A stretch of 64,000 nt of DNA from Candidatus Caldarchaeum sp. (GTDB taxonomy: Archaea > Thermoproteota > Nitrososphaeria_A > Caldarchaeales > Caldarchaeaceae), in assembly GCA_038844785.1 (NCBI GenBank), contig JAWBRA010000003.1, positions 5,363-69,362 of the forward strand, read 5' to 3'. The notes below the pieces were generated by a model that saw only the letters and a program-made list of their open reading frames with translations, searched no databases and was not told the origin of the DNA. Positions 1-9,372 of this stretch are shown here, piece by piece (within the stretch, counting starts at the first letter, position 1; each line of letters opens with the position of its first letter). A program made the translations under genes and the position numbers.

Positions 1-183
1 GAAATGGCTGCTCTGAAAGCTGTCACAGTGCATGGAGGAATCGGCGTAGCTTTAGACGGAATGGTTGAGAGATTTCTACGAGATTCACAGATATTCAAGA
101 TATACGAAGGCGTCAACGACATCCAGAAGCTTGTCATCCTTCGTCAGATGCTAAAAACCACTTTCGGGATGGACGTAGACTGA
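1..183 (+). CDS. acyl-CoA dehydrogenase, C-terminal fragment (5' end lies outside the window)
   Basis: Frame-1 translation ...HGGIGVALDGMVERFLRDSQIFKIYEGVNDIQKLVILRQMLKTTFGMDVD* matches the conserved ACAD C-terminal motif (IYEGTN-IQ-LVIAR). Confidence 0.55.
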   Translation, partial: EMAALKAVTVHGGIGVALDGMVERFLRDSQIFKIYEGVNDIQKLVILRQMLKTTFGMDVD

Positions 184-245
184 TTAGAGATAATTCAACT
201 CCACAACCTTTTTTAGTAAAGTTCTAGCCACATTTTGATGGGGAC

Positions 246-806
246 ATGGCCTCTTTCGTCAGGCTGGCAGCTGGGGCGTTAGTAAGCCTCGCCATAATAC
301 TGCTGCTATCTACCGTTGAGCTTTCCTTCCCCCAACCCCTTCAGGCTGTGGTTATCTCGTTGGTCTTGACGGCGGTGGCTTCAGGTTTTGTAGCAGGCTC
401 GGCAACCACGGCCGCCGCCGGAACTTTCATCGGCGGCTTTGCAGCACTTGTTCTCGCGATACTCTGGAACGTAACGCTCTGGTCGCCTTCTCCTGTTCCA
501 TCCGACATGCCCATCATTAGAACACTCCTACTGGGTGGAGCAGCTGTCCTAGCGGCGGGTGTCGGCTTTGTCAGGGGAAGCATACTCCGCAAAACCCCCG
601 TCCCCACTGAACCGCGGAAAGAACAGTCTCAAGCCGTGCAACCTCAGGCTTCAAGCCCGGCCACGTCCCCACTTATCCCCGAATCCAAGCCTACCCCCGT
701 TGTGTTGGAGGTTGAGAATAGAATATGCAAGTTCTGCAGCAGCGTTATACCTGCTGAGTCTGTGTACTGCCCCATGTGTGGGGCTAAGCTGGTTGAGGAA
801 GAGTGA
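246..806 (+). CDS. multi-pass membrane protein with C-terminal CxxC...CxxC zinc ribbon
   Basis: Hydrophobic N-terminal two-thirds, a Pro/Ser/Thr-rich linker, and a C-terminal CKFC...CPMCG motif. Its stop overlaps the start of the next gene. Confidence 0.45.
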   Translation: MASFVRLAAGALVSLAIILLLSTVELSFPQPLQAVVISLVLTAVASGFVAGSATTAAAGTFIGGFAALVLAILWNVTLWSPSPVPSDMPIIRTLLLGGAAVLAAGVGFVRGSILRKTPVPTEPRKEQSQAVQPQASSPATSPLIPESKPTPVVLEVENRICKFCSSVIPAESVYCPMCGAKLVEEE

Positions 807-3664
807 ATTGGATGTTCTCAGAAGAGACGCTTTCCGTCCTAAACCTGCTGGTTAAGCCTTTAAAAGATGCGGTGGTGGAGAAGTTTGGAGAGCTGACTCA
901 GCCGCAGCTGAAAAGCATTCCTAGAATACTGGCGGGAGAAAACCTTCTGCTGATGGCTCCCACCGGCACGGGGAAGACGGAAGCGGCTTTGATACCTTTG
1001 CTGAACAAAATTATTTCACAGCCTAGCTTTGAAGGGGTTAAGATTCTTTACATCACCCCTTTGAGGGCGTTAAACCGCGATCTGCTCGAAAGGATAGAAT
1101 GGTGGGCTGGAAGGTTTGACATGACCGTAGCTGTTAGACACGGTGATACTGCTCAGAGGGAGCGTAGAACGCAGACACTCATCCCGCCGACCATCTTGAT
1201 AACAACGCCTGAGACGCTTCAAATACTTTTGACTGCTAGGTTGTTCCGCCAGCATCTCCGCAGGGTTGATGCTGTTGTAGTGGATGAGGTCCATGAGCTT
1301 GCTGGAGATAAGCGTGGCAGCCAGCTCTCCGTGGCTTTGGAAAGGCTGGCAGAGATTACAGGAAGAGATTTCCAGCGGATTGGCTTGTCGGCTACGGTTG
1401 GAAGCCCTGAGAAAGTGGCAGCCTTTCTCGCAGGTGTTGGAAGAAGCTGTAGCGTGGTAAGAGTACCCGTGGTAAGAAACCTGCATGTCGCCGTCAAATA
1501 TCCAGAGCCAGGCCCGGAAGACTTCGACCTCGCCGAAAAACTATCAATATACCCAGACGTGGCGGCTAGGATGAACTTGATAAAGTCTCTCGTAGAATCA
1601 CATGAATCAACTCTTGTCTTCACGAACACAAGACCCCTTGCCGAGATTCTCACCAACAGGTTTAGGGCTTGGGATGAAGCAGCTCCGATAGGGATTCATC
1701 ACGGAAGCCTTTCGAAAGCAACACGCGTTGGGGCTGAGCAGGCGCTGAAGATGGGAGGGCTTGCGGGAGTTGTATGCACTTCGTCGCTCGAAATGGGTAT
1801 AGACGTGGGAAGAATAGAGCTTTGCATACAGTACAACTCTCCAAGAGAGGTAACCAGGCTCGTGCAGAGAGTGGGCCGCAGCGGCCACTCAATCCACGGC
1901 ACAGCTAAGGGGGTCATAATCGTCACCGATTCCGACGATGCTTTGGAAAGCGTCGTCATAGCCAGACGTGCTTTGAAAGACCTCATAGAAGATGTCGAAA
2001 TCTTCGAAAACAGTTATGACGTTCTCGCACACCAGCTGGCTGGGCTTGTAATCGAGAAGAAAGAGATAGGGTTGGATAAGGCGTTAAACATCTTTAGACG
2101 ATCTTATTGTTTTAGAAAGCTCACGATGGAGGAACTTCTGAAAGCCGCACAGCATCTGGAGAAGCTTGGAGCCGTGATGAGAACCAGCGACAACGTCGTG
2201 ACACAGGGGCCGAAAACATCCATCCTCTACGACTATTACTTCAACAACCTCTCGATGATACCTGAGGAGAAACAGTATCTAGTGGTTCTTGAATCGACGG
2301 GCGAGCCTATAGGCATACTTGACGAAGAGTTTGTGGCTGAGCATGGAGAGCCGGGGACTCGTTTTATCTTGATGGGGAGGGCTTGGGAGATAATTCAAAC
2401 AGCCGGCGAAAGAATTTATGTTTCCGCTTTGGATAGTCTCGAAGGCTCAGTCCCCTCTTGGGTAGGCGACGAGATACCCGTTCCCTTCGAAATAGCTGAG
2501 GAAGTGGGAAAAATACGTAGGCTGTATGCCGAAGCCGTTGCCAGAGGAAGTTCAGACGATGTTTTACAATCCTTGGCGGAACATTACATGACCGACAGGT
2601 CTTTGCTGGAAAAATCCCTACGGGAGGTCAAGATTCATATCGATAAAGGTCTCCCCGTGCCCTCGGATAAGACTGTCGTTTTAGAGGAGACGCCTGAGTA
2701 CATCGTTTTACACATATGCGGCGGGCTGAAGCCGAACAGGACCATAGCCCGTGTGCTGGCTTACGTTCTCTCGTCAAAGATAGGTGCTGTAGTGACTGTG
2801 CAGCAAGACCCTTATCGGATAGTTTTCAAAGGTCGTGAGCTCAGCCTCGAGCTTGTGGCAGAAGAGCTTAGGAACCTAGCTCGAGATAATCAATGGCTGA
2901 AGCTTGTGGAGAAGGCTGTAGAGTCTTCGAGCCTGTTTAGGAGAAGGCTTGTCCACGTGGCGCGTAAAATGGGCGTTTTGAGCAAGGAGGCTAGCATACT
3001 GGACGTAAGCGCGACAAAACTAGCTGAAATGCTGCGTGACACCGTTGTCTACGAAGAGGCTTTAAAACACTGTCTAGCCGCCGATTTCGACCATGAAACG
3101 TCTTTCAAGCTGATTAACAAGATTTCAACAGGCGAGACCTCTCTCATCCCGGTAAGGGTTGAGGAACTTTCTCCGCTGGCCAGGTTGACGGTCAGCAGGT
3201 ACGCCAGCGACGTAGACGTGATTGTTTCTGAAAGGTTGCAGAGGCTTGTGGTCAACGCTGTAAGGGGGAGGCTTAACAACGAGCTTGTAACCCTAGTGTG
3301 CACATCATGCTGGCAGTGGTATGCACGGGTTGCTGTGAAAGAGCTGGATACGAAGCCTGTCTGCGGTGCTTGCGGGTCTTCTTCGCTCGGGGTTTTGAAG
3401 CCCGAGCCTGAAGAGGTACTGAACCTGCTAGCACGCCGTGGGAAACCGTCGAACAGTAAAGAGCGGCAGCTTAGAAAACAGGCTCTGAAGACCGCCCCCC
3501 TAGTAGCGAAGTATGGGAAGGCCGCTGTATTCACATTGGCGAGCCATTATCTCGACGTGGAGGACGCTGCCAAGATCCTTGAGAATGAGTCAAGCCTGGG
3601 AGTGAGGCTTGTAGAGCTTATCGTGGAGGCTGAGAAAAAGAGGCTTCAGGAGCTGTTTAAGTAG
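803..3664 (+). CDS. lhr: Lhr-type large ATP-dependent DEAD/DEAH-box helicase
   Basis: Walker A MAPTGTGKTEAA, a YITPLRALNRD motif, a DEVH box, helicase C motifs (HHGSLS, QRVGRSGH), and a C-terminal zinc ribbon CTSC...CGAC. At 953 aa it matches archaeal Lhr in size. Confidence 0.8.
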   Translation: MNWMFSEETLSVLNLLVKPLKDAVVEKFGELTQPQLKSIPRILAGENLLLMAPTGTGKTEAALIPLLNKIISQPSFEGVKILYITPLRALNRDLLERIEWWAGRFDMTVAVRHGDTAQRERRTQTLIPPTILITTPETLQILLTARLFRQHLRRVDAVVVDEVHELAGDKRGSQLSVALERLAEITGRDFQRIGLSATVGSPEKVAAFLAGVGRSCSVVRVPVVRNLHVAVKYPEPGPEDFDLAEKLSIYPDVAARMNLIKSLVESHESTLVFTNTRPLAEILTNRFRAWDEAAPIGIHHGSLSKATRVGAEQALKMGGLAGVVCTSSLEMGIDVGRIELCIQYNSPREVTRLVQRVGRSGHSIHGTAKGVIIVTDSDDALESVVIARRALKDLIEDVEIFENSYDVLAHQLAGLVIEKKEIGLDKALNIFRRSYCFRKLTMEELLKAAQHLEKLGAVMRTSDNVVTQGPKTSILYDYYFNNLSMIPEEKQYLVVLESTGEPIGILDEEFVAEHGEPGTRFILMGRAWEIIQTAGERIYVSALDSLEGSVPSWVGDEIPVPFEIAEEVGKIRRLYAEAVARGSSDDVLQSLAEHYMTDRSLLEKSLREVKIHIDKGLPVPSDKTVVLEETPEYIVLHICGGLKPNRTIARVLAYVLSSKIGAVVTVQQDPYRIVFKGRELSLELVAEELRNLARDNQWLKLVEKAVESSSLFRRRLVHVARKMGVLSKEASILDVSATKLAEMLRDTVVYEEALKHCLAADFDHETSFKLINKISTGETSLIPVRVEELSPLARLTVSRYASDVDVIVSERLQRLVVNAVRGRLNNELVTLVCTSCWQWYARVAVKELDTKPVCGACGSSSLGVLKPEPEEVLNLLARRGKPSNSKERQLRKQALKTAPLVAKYGKAAVFTLASHYLDVEDAAKILENESSLGVRLVELIVEAEKKRLQELFK

Positions 3665-4262
3665 TTTTCTCCTGCTCGCTTTCGGCAACGCTTGAAAGGT
3701 TTGAGACAGCCTTTATCAACTCTTTCTGGTCGACCTCTGCAACAGCCCTCCATCCAACGGAGAGAACTCCGTCGCCCGCGTCGACCAAGTATCCTCTTCG
3801 GCTAAACCTTTCCAAAGCCGCTTCAACACGCCATCTAGGAAGCTTAGACTCAAGCATTTCAAGCAATTCTTGCTTGGGTGCTTTCCCACCTCTTGAGTAC
3901 AGCAAAGCCAGCGCCGCCGAAAGAACGGCCAGGTCATCTATCCTCCAACCGGCAGCCACAATGTCGGAGAGGCTCAAAGGATCCGTCAAAGTTATGAAAT
4001 ACCTGGCTCTGTCGTAGTCGTCTTCGACCGGTTGTCTGTCCCCCGGTGTTTCAAAAAGGATTTTCACACGCAAGCCTAAGGGTTCAAGCCTGTGGTTCAG
4101 GCTCTCTATGACTTTGAGATAGTTTTTCCCCAGCCTTCTTCTAAGCTCGTAACCCCTAACGCCGGGGAGCCTGTGGCTGGTGAAAAGCAGCATAGCCATG
4201 GCCGTTGAGAGCTTTTTTCTCGCTGCAGACTGTTCAGGGGATGGTTCAGACAAGCACAGCAC
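3657..4262 (-). CDS. ScpB-like protein (tandem winged-helix), third gene of the SMC-like operon
   Basis: 201 aa with two wHTH-like halves (YELRRRLGKNYLKVIESLNHRLEPLGLRV... and ...KQELLEMLESKLPRWRVEAALERFSRRGYLV). Its start overlaps the upstream kleisin-like gene by 17 nt. Confidence 0.5.
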   Translation of the reverse strand: MLCLSEPSPEQSAARKKLSTAMAMLLFTSHRLPGVRGYELRRRLGKNYLKVIESLNHRLEPLGLRVKILFETPGDRQPVEDDYDRARYFITLTDPLSLSDIVAAGWRIDDLAVLSAALALLYSRGGKAPKQELLEMLESKLPRWRVEAALERFSRRGYLVDAGDGVLSVGWRAVAEVDQKELIKAVSNLSSVAESEQEKTT

Positions 4263-5010
4263 CCTCCTTCAAAACAATAACCATGGAGGCGACGTTTCTC
4301 CTCTCAGCCTTAGACTCAAAGGGTTTAAGCGTCACCTTTCCGGTGATAGGGTTTCTCACAACTTCAGCCAAGCCTTCGCTGACTATGAAAGCTGTCAGAT
4401 AAGCCCTTTCAACCGTTTTCTCCACCCCTTCCCTGGATATGAAGGAAGCATAGTCGACTTCACCGTTCTCGTCTCTTGAAGCAAGCATTTCACTATGCAG
4501 CTTCTTCAGCTCAAGCTCTATCTCCTCTCTCTGGCTGAACGTGTTCAAAGCCTGGCGGAAATCAACTTCAGGGCCTATCTCTGTGGTTGCGGAAGACTTT
4601 AGATTGCGGGTCGGCAGGCTTAGAAAATATTCCAACCCCATCGCCACCATGCCGCGAGTAAGCTGCTCAGCGGACACGATGGGTCTCCAGCTTGATACAA
4701 GAGCTTGGGCCAGCGATTTTTTATCAGCTGACAAAATCTTCAACACTATCAACTGCGTGTCAACAAGCAGGGAAGAAGCTCTGTCTTTAAGCCATTTATG
4801 TTGCAGGGCAATGACTAAGGCAACCCTGTAGAGCGTTTCCGCGTCCAACGTCAGAATCTCTGTATCGCTGGTCCTCTCCACGATCGACCTCAGCTTGGCC
4901 AAAATAGCCTTCACATCAACGCTGTAGGGGTCGGCTCCGGTCTTTGCTATCGTCTCGCAGAGTGAAATCAGCCTTTCCAGCTCATCCTTAGCCAGCTTGA
5001 CGCTCGTCAC
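4246..5010 (-). CDS. kleisin (ScpA)-like protein
   Basis: 254 aa with an N-terminal helical region and a C-terminal winged-helix-like segment (VDYASFISREG..AYLTAFIVSEGLAEVV) resembling the ScpA C-terminus. It is translationally coupled, by overlaps, between the SMC-like and ScpB-like genes. Confidence 0.45.
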   Translation of the reverse strand: MTSVKLAKDELERLISLCETIAKTGADPYSVDVKAILAKLRSIVERTSDTEILTLDAETLYRVALVIALQHKWLKDRASSLLVDTQLIVLKILSADKKSLAQALVSSWRPIVSAEQLTRGMVAMGLEYFLSLPTRNLKSSATTEIGPEVDFRQALNTFSQREEIELELKKLHSEMLASRDENGEVDYASFISREGVEKTVERAYLTAFIVSEGLAEVVRNPITGKVTLKPFESKAERRNVASMVIVLKEGAVLV

Positions 5011-6742
5011 TAGAAAACACCTCCGCCGCAGCCGGTATCGAGACGACGGACCTTCCCTTCACGTTCTGTACTAGGATGGTATTCATGTCCTGTCTGTATG
5101 GAACCCTGCCAGGTGTTATGATGATGTATTGTGTGTCACCGTCCTGTTTGGCTGTTGACGTGAGTATGTTGATTATCCGCTCGCGGTTTAGCGGGTCGAG
5201 GTGAACGTCGAATTCGTCGACCGCCCTGAAGGGTGATTTTATGTATTTTTGAAGCGCTAGGAGAAAAGCCATCGTCGCAACTATCCTTTCGCCGCCGCTC
5301 TGTGTGTGAGCGTTCAGCAAAGTTGGTTCAACACCTCTGAACCCCACGTAGATCTCCACCGATGCTTTGTCTATGTCGTTCAAGTTCCTCAGCTCTAGTT
5401 TCCCTGAACCTCCTACAACGGACAGAATTTTTTGATACTCTGGTTCGACGGCGGCTATGAGGCTGCGTAGGAACTCACGCCACTTCTGCTTCCTGTACTC
5501 GGCTTCTTCGAGGGCTTTACGTGCATTTTCGCTCAGCTGGGAAGCTTTAAGCTCCGCCTCCCTGTACTTGGCTTCAGCAAGCATAAACATCTCCTCCGCC
5601 TGAGGTGTTGGATTGCCCATGGACGCAAGCTGCAGCCCCACAGCCTTCAGCTCTTCAGAGACTTCCAACGGCTTTCTCCCAGTATCTATTCGCGGCCCCT
5701 TCTCGGAAGCTTCCGAAACCCTTCTGGCCAGCTCCTTCTCAGCCGCAGTCAACTCATATCTTAGATCTCTCAACTCGGATTCTCTGATCTCTTTTCTCTC
5801 GAGGCTCCTGCCAAGCCTTTCAGCAGTTTTTACCAACTCGTTTAATTTTTTCGCCAGTTCTTCTTCGGAGGCTCTTTCGCTAAATTGCTGCAGAAGCCTT
5901 TGGGAGAGAATGTTAACATCCTCCGAAATTCTTCCAGCCTCTTTCTCAAGCTTTTCAACCTCTTCGTTCAGCATGTTTATCTTGTCTTGGATTCTATCCC
6001 TAGATTTCTCAGCCTCTTTGACCAACGACCAGAGATACTCTGACTCGAGCAGCTTTTTACGTTCCTCAAGCTGTTTAATGATGGTAAGCTTCTGGTATTC
6101 CTCCCGCCAGTAATCTACTGCTGCCCGTGCGTCCTCCAAAGTCTTCCTTATCACAGCTTCTTCGGCCAATAGAGACGAGAGCTTGGTCTCTGCCTGCTTT
6201 ATCTTCTCCCTCAGACCGGCAGCGCCGACAGCCTCCTCGATCATAACAAGCTTCTCCCTACTGTCTCTGCTAACAAACTGTTCAATCATGTTTTGATGCA
6301 TTATTATTAGCATGTTGTCTGGGTTTATCCCAATCTTTGAGAGAAGGTTCTCGACCTCGGCTTTGGTCTTAAACTTGTTGTTTACATAGTGCCAGTATTC
6401 GCCGTTCTTTTTCAGAAACCTAGCGATTGTAACGGAGTCGGAGGAGATTGTGGGTATGGGGCGTTTTCCGTCAACAGGTCTGTTGTCGAAGACCACTGCA
6501 ACTCTGGCTGCGTCCATGCCTCGGCGTATCAGGTCGCTCAACCTCTGACCCCTCTCAGTGTAGGTCTGCCCCAAAGCCACTGAAATCGCCAGCAGAATCG
6601 ATGACTTACCTGCTCCGTTTGGGCCAACGACCACGTTCAACCCAGGTTGAAGAGAGATTCGACTATATTCATGGGACATGAAGTTCTCTAAGATAACCTC
6701 CTTGACGTAAGGCCTTGCCCTCCCGCCTTCACCCGCTGACAA
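4988..6742 (-). CDS. half-size SMC-like ATPase (N-terminal Walker A head, short coiled coils, C-terminal signature/Walker B head)
   Basis: N-terminus VVGPNGAGKSSILLAI (Walker A). C-terminus SGGERIVATMAFLLAL (ABC signature) and RAVDEFDVHLD (Walker B/D-loop). A long charged heptad-like middle. Only 584 aa, with no CxxC zinc hook and no classical hinge. Confidence 0.7.
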   Translation of the reverse strand: MSAGEGGRARPYVKEVILENFMSHEYSRISLQPGLNVVVGPNGAGKSSILLAISVALGQTYTERGQRLSDLIRRGMDAARVAVVFDNRPVDGKRPIPTISSDSVTIARFLKKNGEYWHYVNNKFKTKAEVENLLSKIGINPDNMLIIMHQNMIEQFVSRDSREKLVMIEEAVGAAGLREKIKQAETKLSSLLAEEAVIRKTLEDARAAVDYWREEYQKLTIIKQLEERKKLLESEYLWSLVKEAEKSRDRIQDKINMLNEEVEKLEKEAGRISEDVNILSQRLLQQFSERASEEELAKKLNELVKTAERLGRSLERKEIRESELRDLRYELTAAEKELARRVSEASEKGPRIDTGRKPLEVSEELKAVGLQLASMGNPTPQAEEMFMLAEAKYREAELKASQLSENARKALEEAEYRKQKWREFLRSLIAAVEPEYQKILSVVGGSGKLELRNLNDIDKASVEIYVGFRGVEPTLLNAHTQSGGERIVATMAFLLALQKYIKSPFRAVDEFDVHLDPLNRERIINILTSTAKQDGDTQYIIITPGRVPYRQDMNTILVQNVKGRSVVSIPAAAEVFSSDERQAG

Positions 6743-6879
6743 CCTTACCCTGCAGGCCTCTACTGCCCGATTATATAAATTCCCCCGCTTGGAAAGAAGA
6801 ATTTGGGCTTACATCACACATACGTGAGGATATCCGATGGTATGTTGTCAATAAATATGCGGAGGCCGTTTTCCGCTAA

Positions 6880-6888
6880 GATATATAG
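6880..6888 (+). promoter_or_regulatory. TATA box (atatatag) about 26 nt upstream of the cdvC ATG; leaderless-type promoter
   Basis: AT-rich octamer at the expected archaeal distance. The divergent SMC-like operon has its own tttatataa element near 6758-6768. Confidence 0.45.
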
Positions 6889-6913
6889 ATTCGCTGGGAC
6901 GCCGGCCATAGGC

Positions 6914-8032
6914 ATGTCGCAGGAGCTGGAAAGAATAGCTGCAACGAGGGCAAAAGAAGCCGTCAACTTTGATAGGATGGGTCAGAAACACAAGGCGATT
7001 AAATCTTACCGTGATGCGATAGATATTTTATGGAGGCTTTACCACCTAGCCCCCGACACATCGATAAGAAGGATTTACGCCGACAAGATCAAGGAGTACC
7101 AATCTAGGATTGATGAGTTAACGAACGAGACTACGCCTGCCGAGCCTGTGCAGCTGGATGCAAAGCCTGTTCGGACAAACCTGATCACGATGGAGAAACC
7201 TAAAGTAAGCTGGGAGGACATCGTGAACATAGAGGAGGCGAAGAAAGCCATCAGAGAAAGCATAATCTTTCCCACAAAAAGGCCTGACCTTTTTCCTCTC
7301 GGGTGGCCGAGGGGAATTCTTCTCTTCGGCCCACCTGGATGCGGCAAAACTTTGTTAGCAGCAGCTGTGGCTTCTGAGCTCGAAGCCAGCTTTTACACGG
7401 TCGATGCGGCGAGCATAATGTCCAAATGGTTGGGCGAGTCAGAGAAGAATGTCTCAAAAATCTTTAATCAATGCAGGCAGGAGGCAAGGTCTGGGAGACC
7501 CGTTGTAATTTTCATAGATGAAGTGGACTCGCTGACAACCGAGAGATTTATGGAGGTCGGTGGTGAGGCGAGGGTGAGAAACCAACTAATAAAGGAGATG
7601 GACAGCGTAATTGACAAGGGCCGGAGAGATTTTCTCTACGTGATAGCGGCTACAAACAAGCCCTGGCATCTCGACGAACCCTTCATAAGAAGGTTTCAAA
7701 AAAGAATTTATGTTTCTCTGCCAGACCTCAACGCGCGGGTGAAGCTGTTTGAAATGTATACGAAGGGGTTGAAGCTCGACGCTGGGGTGGAGCTGACACA
7801 GCTGGCGAAGATAACTGACGGATACTCGGCTGCAGACATCCACGACATATGTGTTGAAGCCCAGCTAAAGGTTGTGAGCGAGTTTTTCTCAACCACTGAT
7901 GGAGAAAAGGGTGAGCCGAGGCCAGTAACCATGGATGATTTTATGGACATCATCAAAAAACGAAAACACTCTATAATGCTGCAAAACCTGAAAAAACTCC
8001 TCGACTGGAACTCAAAATACGGAACTAGCTAG
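6914..8032 (+). CDS. cdvC: CdvC / Vps4 AAA+ ATPase with N-terminal MIT domain
   Basis: MIT-like N-terminus (ATRAKEAVNFDRMGQKHKAIKSYRDAIDILWRL), AAA Walker A GILLFGPPGCGKTLLA, Walker B VVIFIDEVD, and a Vps4-type C-terminus. Start taken at the internal ATG at 6914, giving 372 aa. Confidence 0.8.
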   Translation: MSQELERIAATRAKEAVNFDRMGQKHKAIKSYRDAIDILWRLYHLAPDTSIRRIYADKIKEYQSRIDELTNETTPAEPVQLDAKPVRTNLITMEKPKVSWEDIVNIEEAKKAIRESIIFPTKRPDLFPLGWPRGILLFGPPGCGKTLLAAAVASELEASFYTVDAASIMSKWLGESEKNVSKIFNQCRQEARSGRPVVIFIDEVDSLTTERFMEVGGEARVRNQLIKEMDSVIDKGRRDFLYVIAATNKPWHLDEPFIRRFQKRIYVSLPDLNARVKLFEMYTKGLKLDAGVELTQLAKITDGYSAADIHDICVEAQLKVVSEFFSTTDGEKGEPRPVTMDDFMDIIKKRKHSIMLQNLKKLLDWNSKYGTS

Positions 8033-8819
8033 CTTCTGCAACCTCCAGCTGTATTAACCCTTTTTGATGCAGGTTTTTCAACACATCGGACACGGTTTGA
8101 GAGTCGAGGCCAAGCTCGGAGGCGCATCGGTCAAGGTCAAGCTCTTCTATATCATGTTCTACCACGTAGCTGTAGACTGTTTTCTCTATGTCGGTTAGCT
8201 TAGGCACCTCCGGGAAAGATTGGCGAACCTTTTCCGCTGCAATCTTCCTCGCCTGCTCGAGTATGAACGAAGCCTCTTCTGTGGCAGCGTCATGCTTCTC
8301 TGAGCTGGGCTCGACGTAAACACCTGCGCTTGACATAAAGTCGTCGATCATCGCCATCAGGTTTCTCAGGTTTTCTGAAGCCTCAGGCGCCACATCCGAT
8401 ATCTCGGCTGCTACGTTCTGCAACATCGCAGACAAGGGTTGTATCAAGGCTAGAGCTTCCCCAAGTTCGAGGATGCTTTCAAGCCTTATCTTTACCTGGA
8501 GAAGAACTAGCTGGCTGTGGAGTACTATTCCAGCCAGCTTCTTTATCTCAGCTATCTCTGATGCGTAGATTTTTGCTTTTTCATCATCCTTGGCTTGAAT
8601 GGCCTCCACGCATCTTTCAAAATACTCCCTGCTCCTTGCCAGCATTTCCCTGTATCTGTTGTTTAGCCTCTCTATGTGTCCGTTGAGTGAGGATATGGAT
8701 TTTTCGACTTTAGCGGTAAACTCTTCAGAGACCTCAAACGGCTGTACATCCTCCTGATTGATTTCCCGCCAATCGTTCTTGCGCCGCAAAAACCCTATCA
8801 AGCCAGCTCGCTGCTGCAC
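8025..8819 (-). CDS. cdvB: ESCRT-III (Snf7)-like CdvB with C-terminal winged-helix
   Basis: 264 aa, helical and charged (Snf7-like) over the first roughly 200 aa. C-terminal wH-like segment TVYSYVVEHDIEELDLDRCASELGLDSQTVSDVLKNLHQKGLI. Convergent with cdvC, with an 8-nt overlap. Confidence 0.55.
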   Translation of the reverse strand: MQQRAGLIGFLRRKNDWREINQEDVQPFEVSEEFTAKVEKSISSLNGHIERLNNRYREMLARSREYFERCVEAIQAKDDEKAKIYASEIAEIKKLAGIVLHSQLVLLQVKIRLESILELGEALALIQPLSAMLQNVAAEISDVAPEASENLRNLMAMIDDFMSSAGVYVEPSSEKHDAATEEASFILEQARKIAAEKVRQSFPEVPKLTDIEKTVYSYVVEHDIEELDLDRCASELGLDSQTVSDVLKNLHQKGLIQLEVAEAS

Positions 8820-8896
8820 AGCGGCTTAATATGCTTCATCTGCAGAGCGTTGATAGATATTCCCAATTTATTACAGGGGTTATACATGGTTAATAG

Positions 8897-9310
8897 TCAT
8901 GAACAGCGTGAGATGAAAATGTCTTCACGTTCATACTCGGCGACCCATGTCTTGGTCGAGCTTGGCTTAAGCCTTAAACCTATAAGCCTAAAACCATCCG
9001 GGATGTCTTCAGCCGCCAGTTTCAAAGCCTCCTGTATAGAGTCGGCGTTTTTCTCCTTGAGAATTCTCTTCTCGCCTTTTTCTCTTTCAACACGGTAGCA
9101 GCTGAGGCAGAGCGTACGGCCACGGAGGACGGTTACGGTCATTCTCTTAACAGCGGAACCGCAGCTGTCGCAGGAGACCTGCTGTAGCCCGCAGTTTCTG
9201 CAGACGTTCCCAAACCCTGTTATGTAAAATGATGTATCTTTGCCGGCTATCTCGCGTCCGCAAACCTTGCAGACAACGTTGCCACCAGTCTTCTGGAGGT
9301 GTCCCAGCAT
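8897..9310 (-). CDS. small multi-CxxC zinc-ribbon protein
   Basis: 137 aa with at least five CxxC pairs (CKVCG, CRNCG, CDSCG, CLSC). Confidence 0.4.
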   Translation of the reverse strand: MLGHLQKTGGNVVCKVCGREIAGKDTSFYITGFGNVCRNCGLQQVSCDSCGSAVKRMTVTVLRGRTLCLSCYRVEREKGEKRILKEKNADSIQEALKLAAEDIPDGFRLIGLRLKPSSTKTWVAEYEREDIFISRCS

Positions 9311-9372
9311 GCTATGCGATGGCCATCCTCTGAGGTTATAAGTTTAGCAGAGATACAGCTATTAACGGCCAG

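Noticed and set aside
4988-6742. Calling the SMC-like ATPase Rad50
   Set aside because: No CxxC zinc hook, no adjacent Mre11/HerA/NurA, and the partners look like ScpA/ScpB instead.
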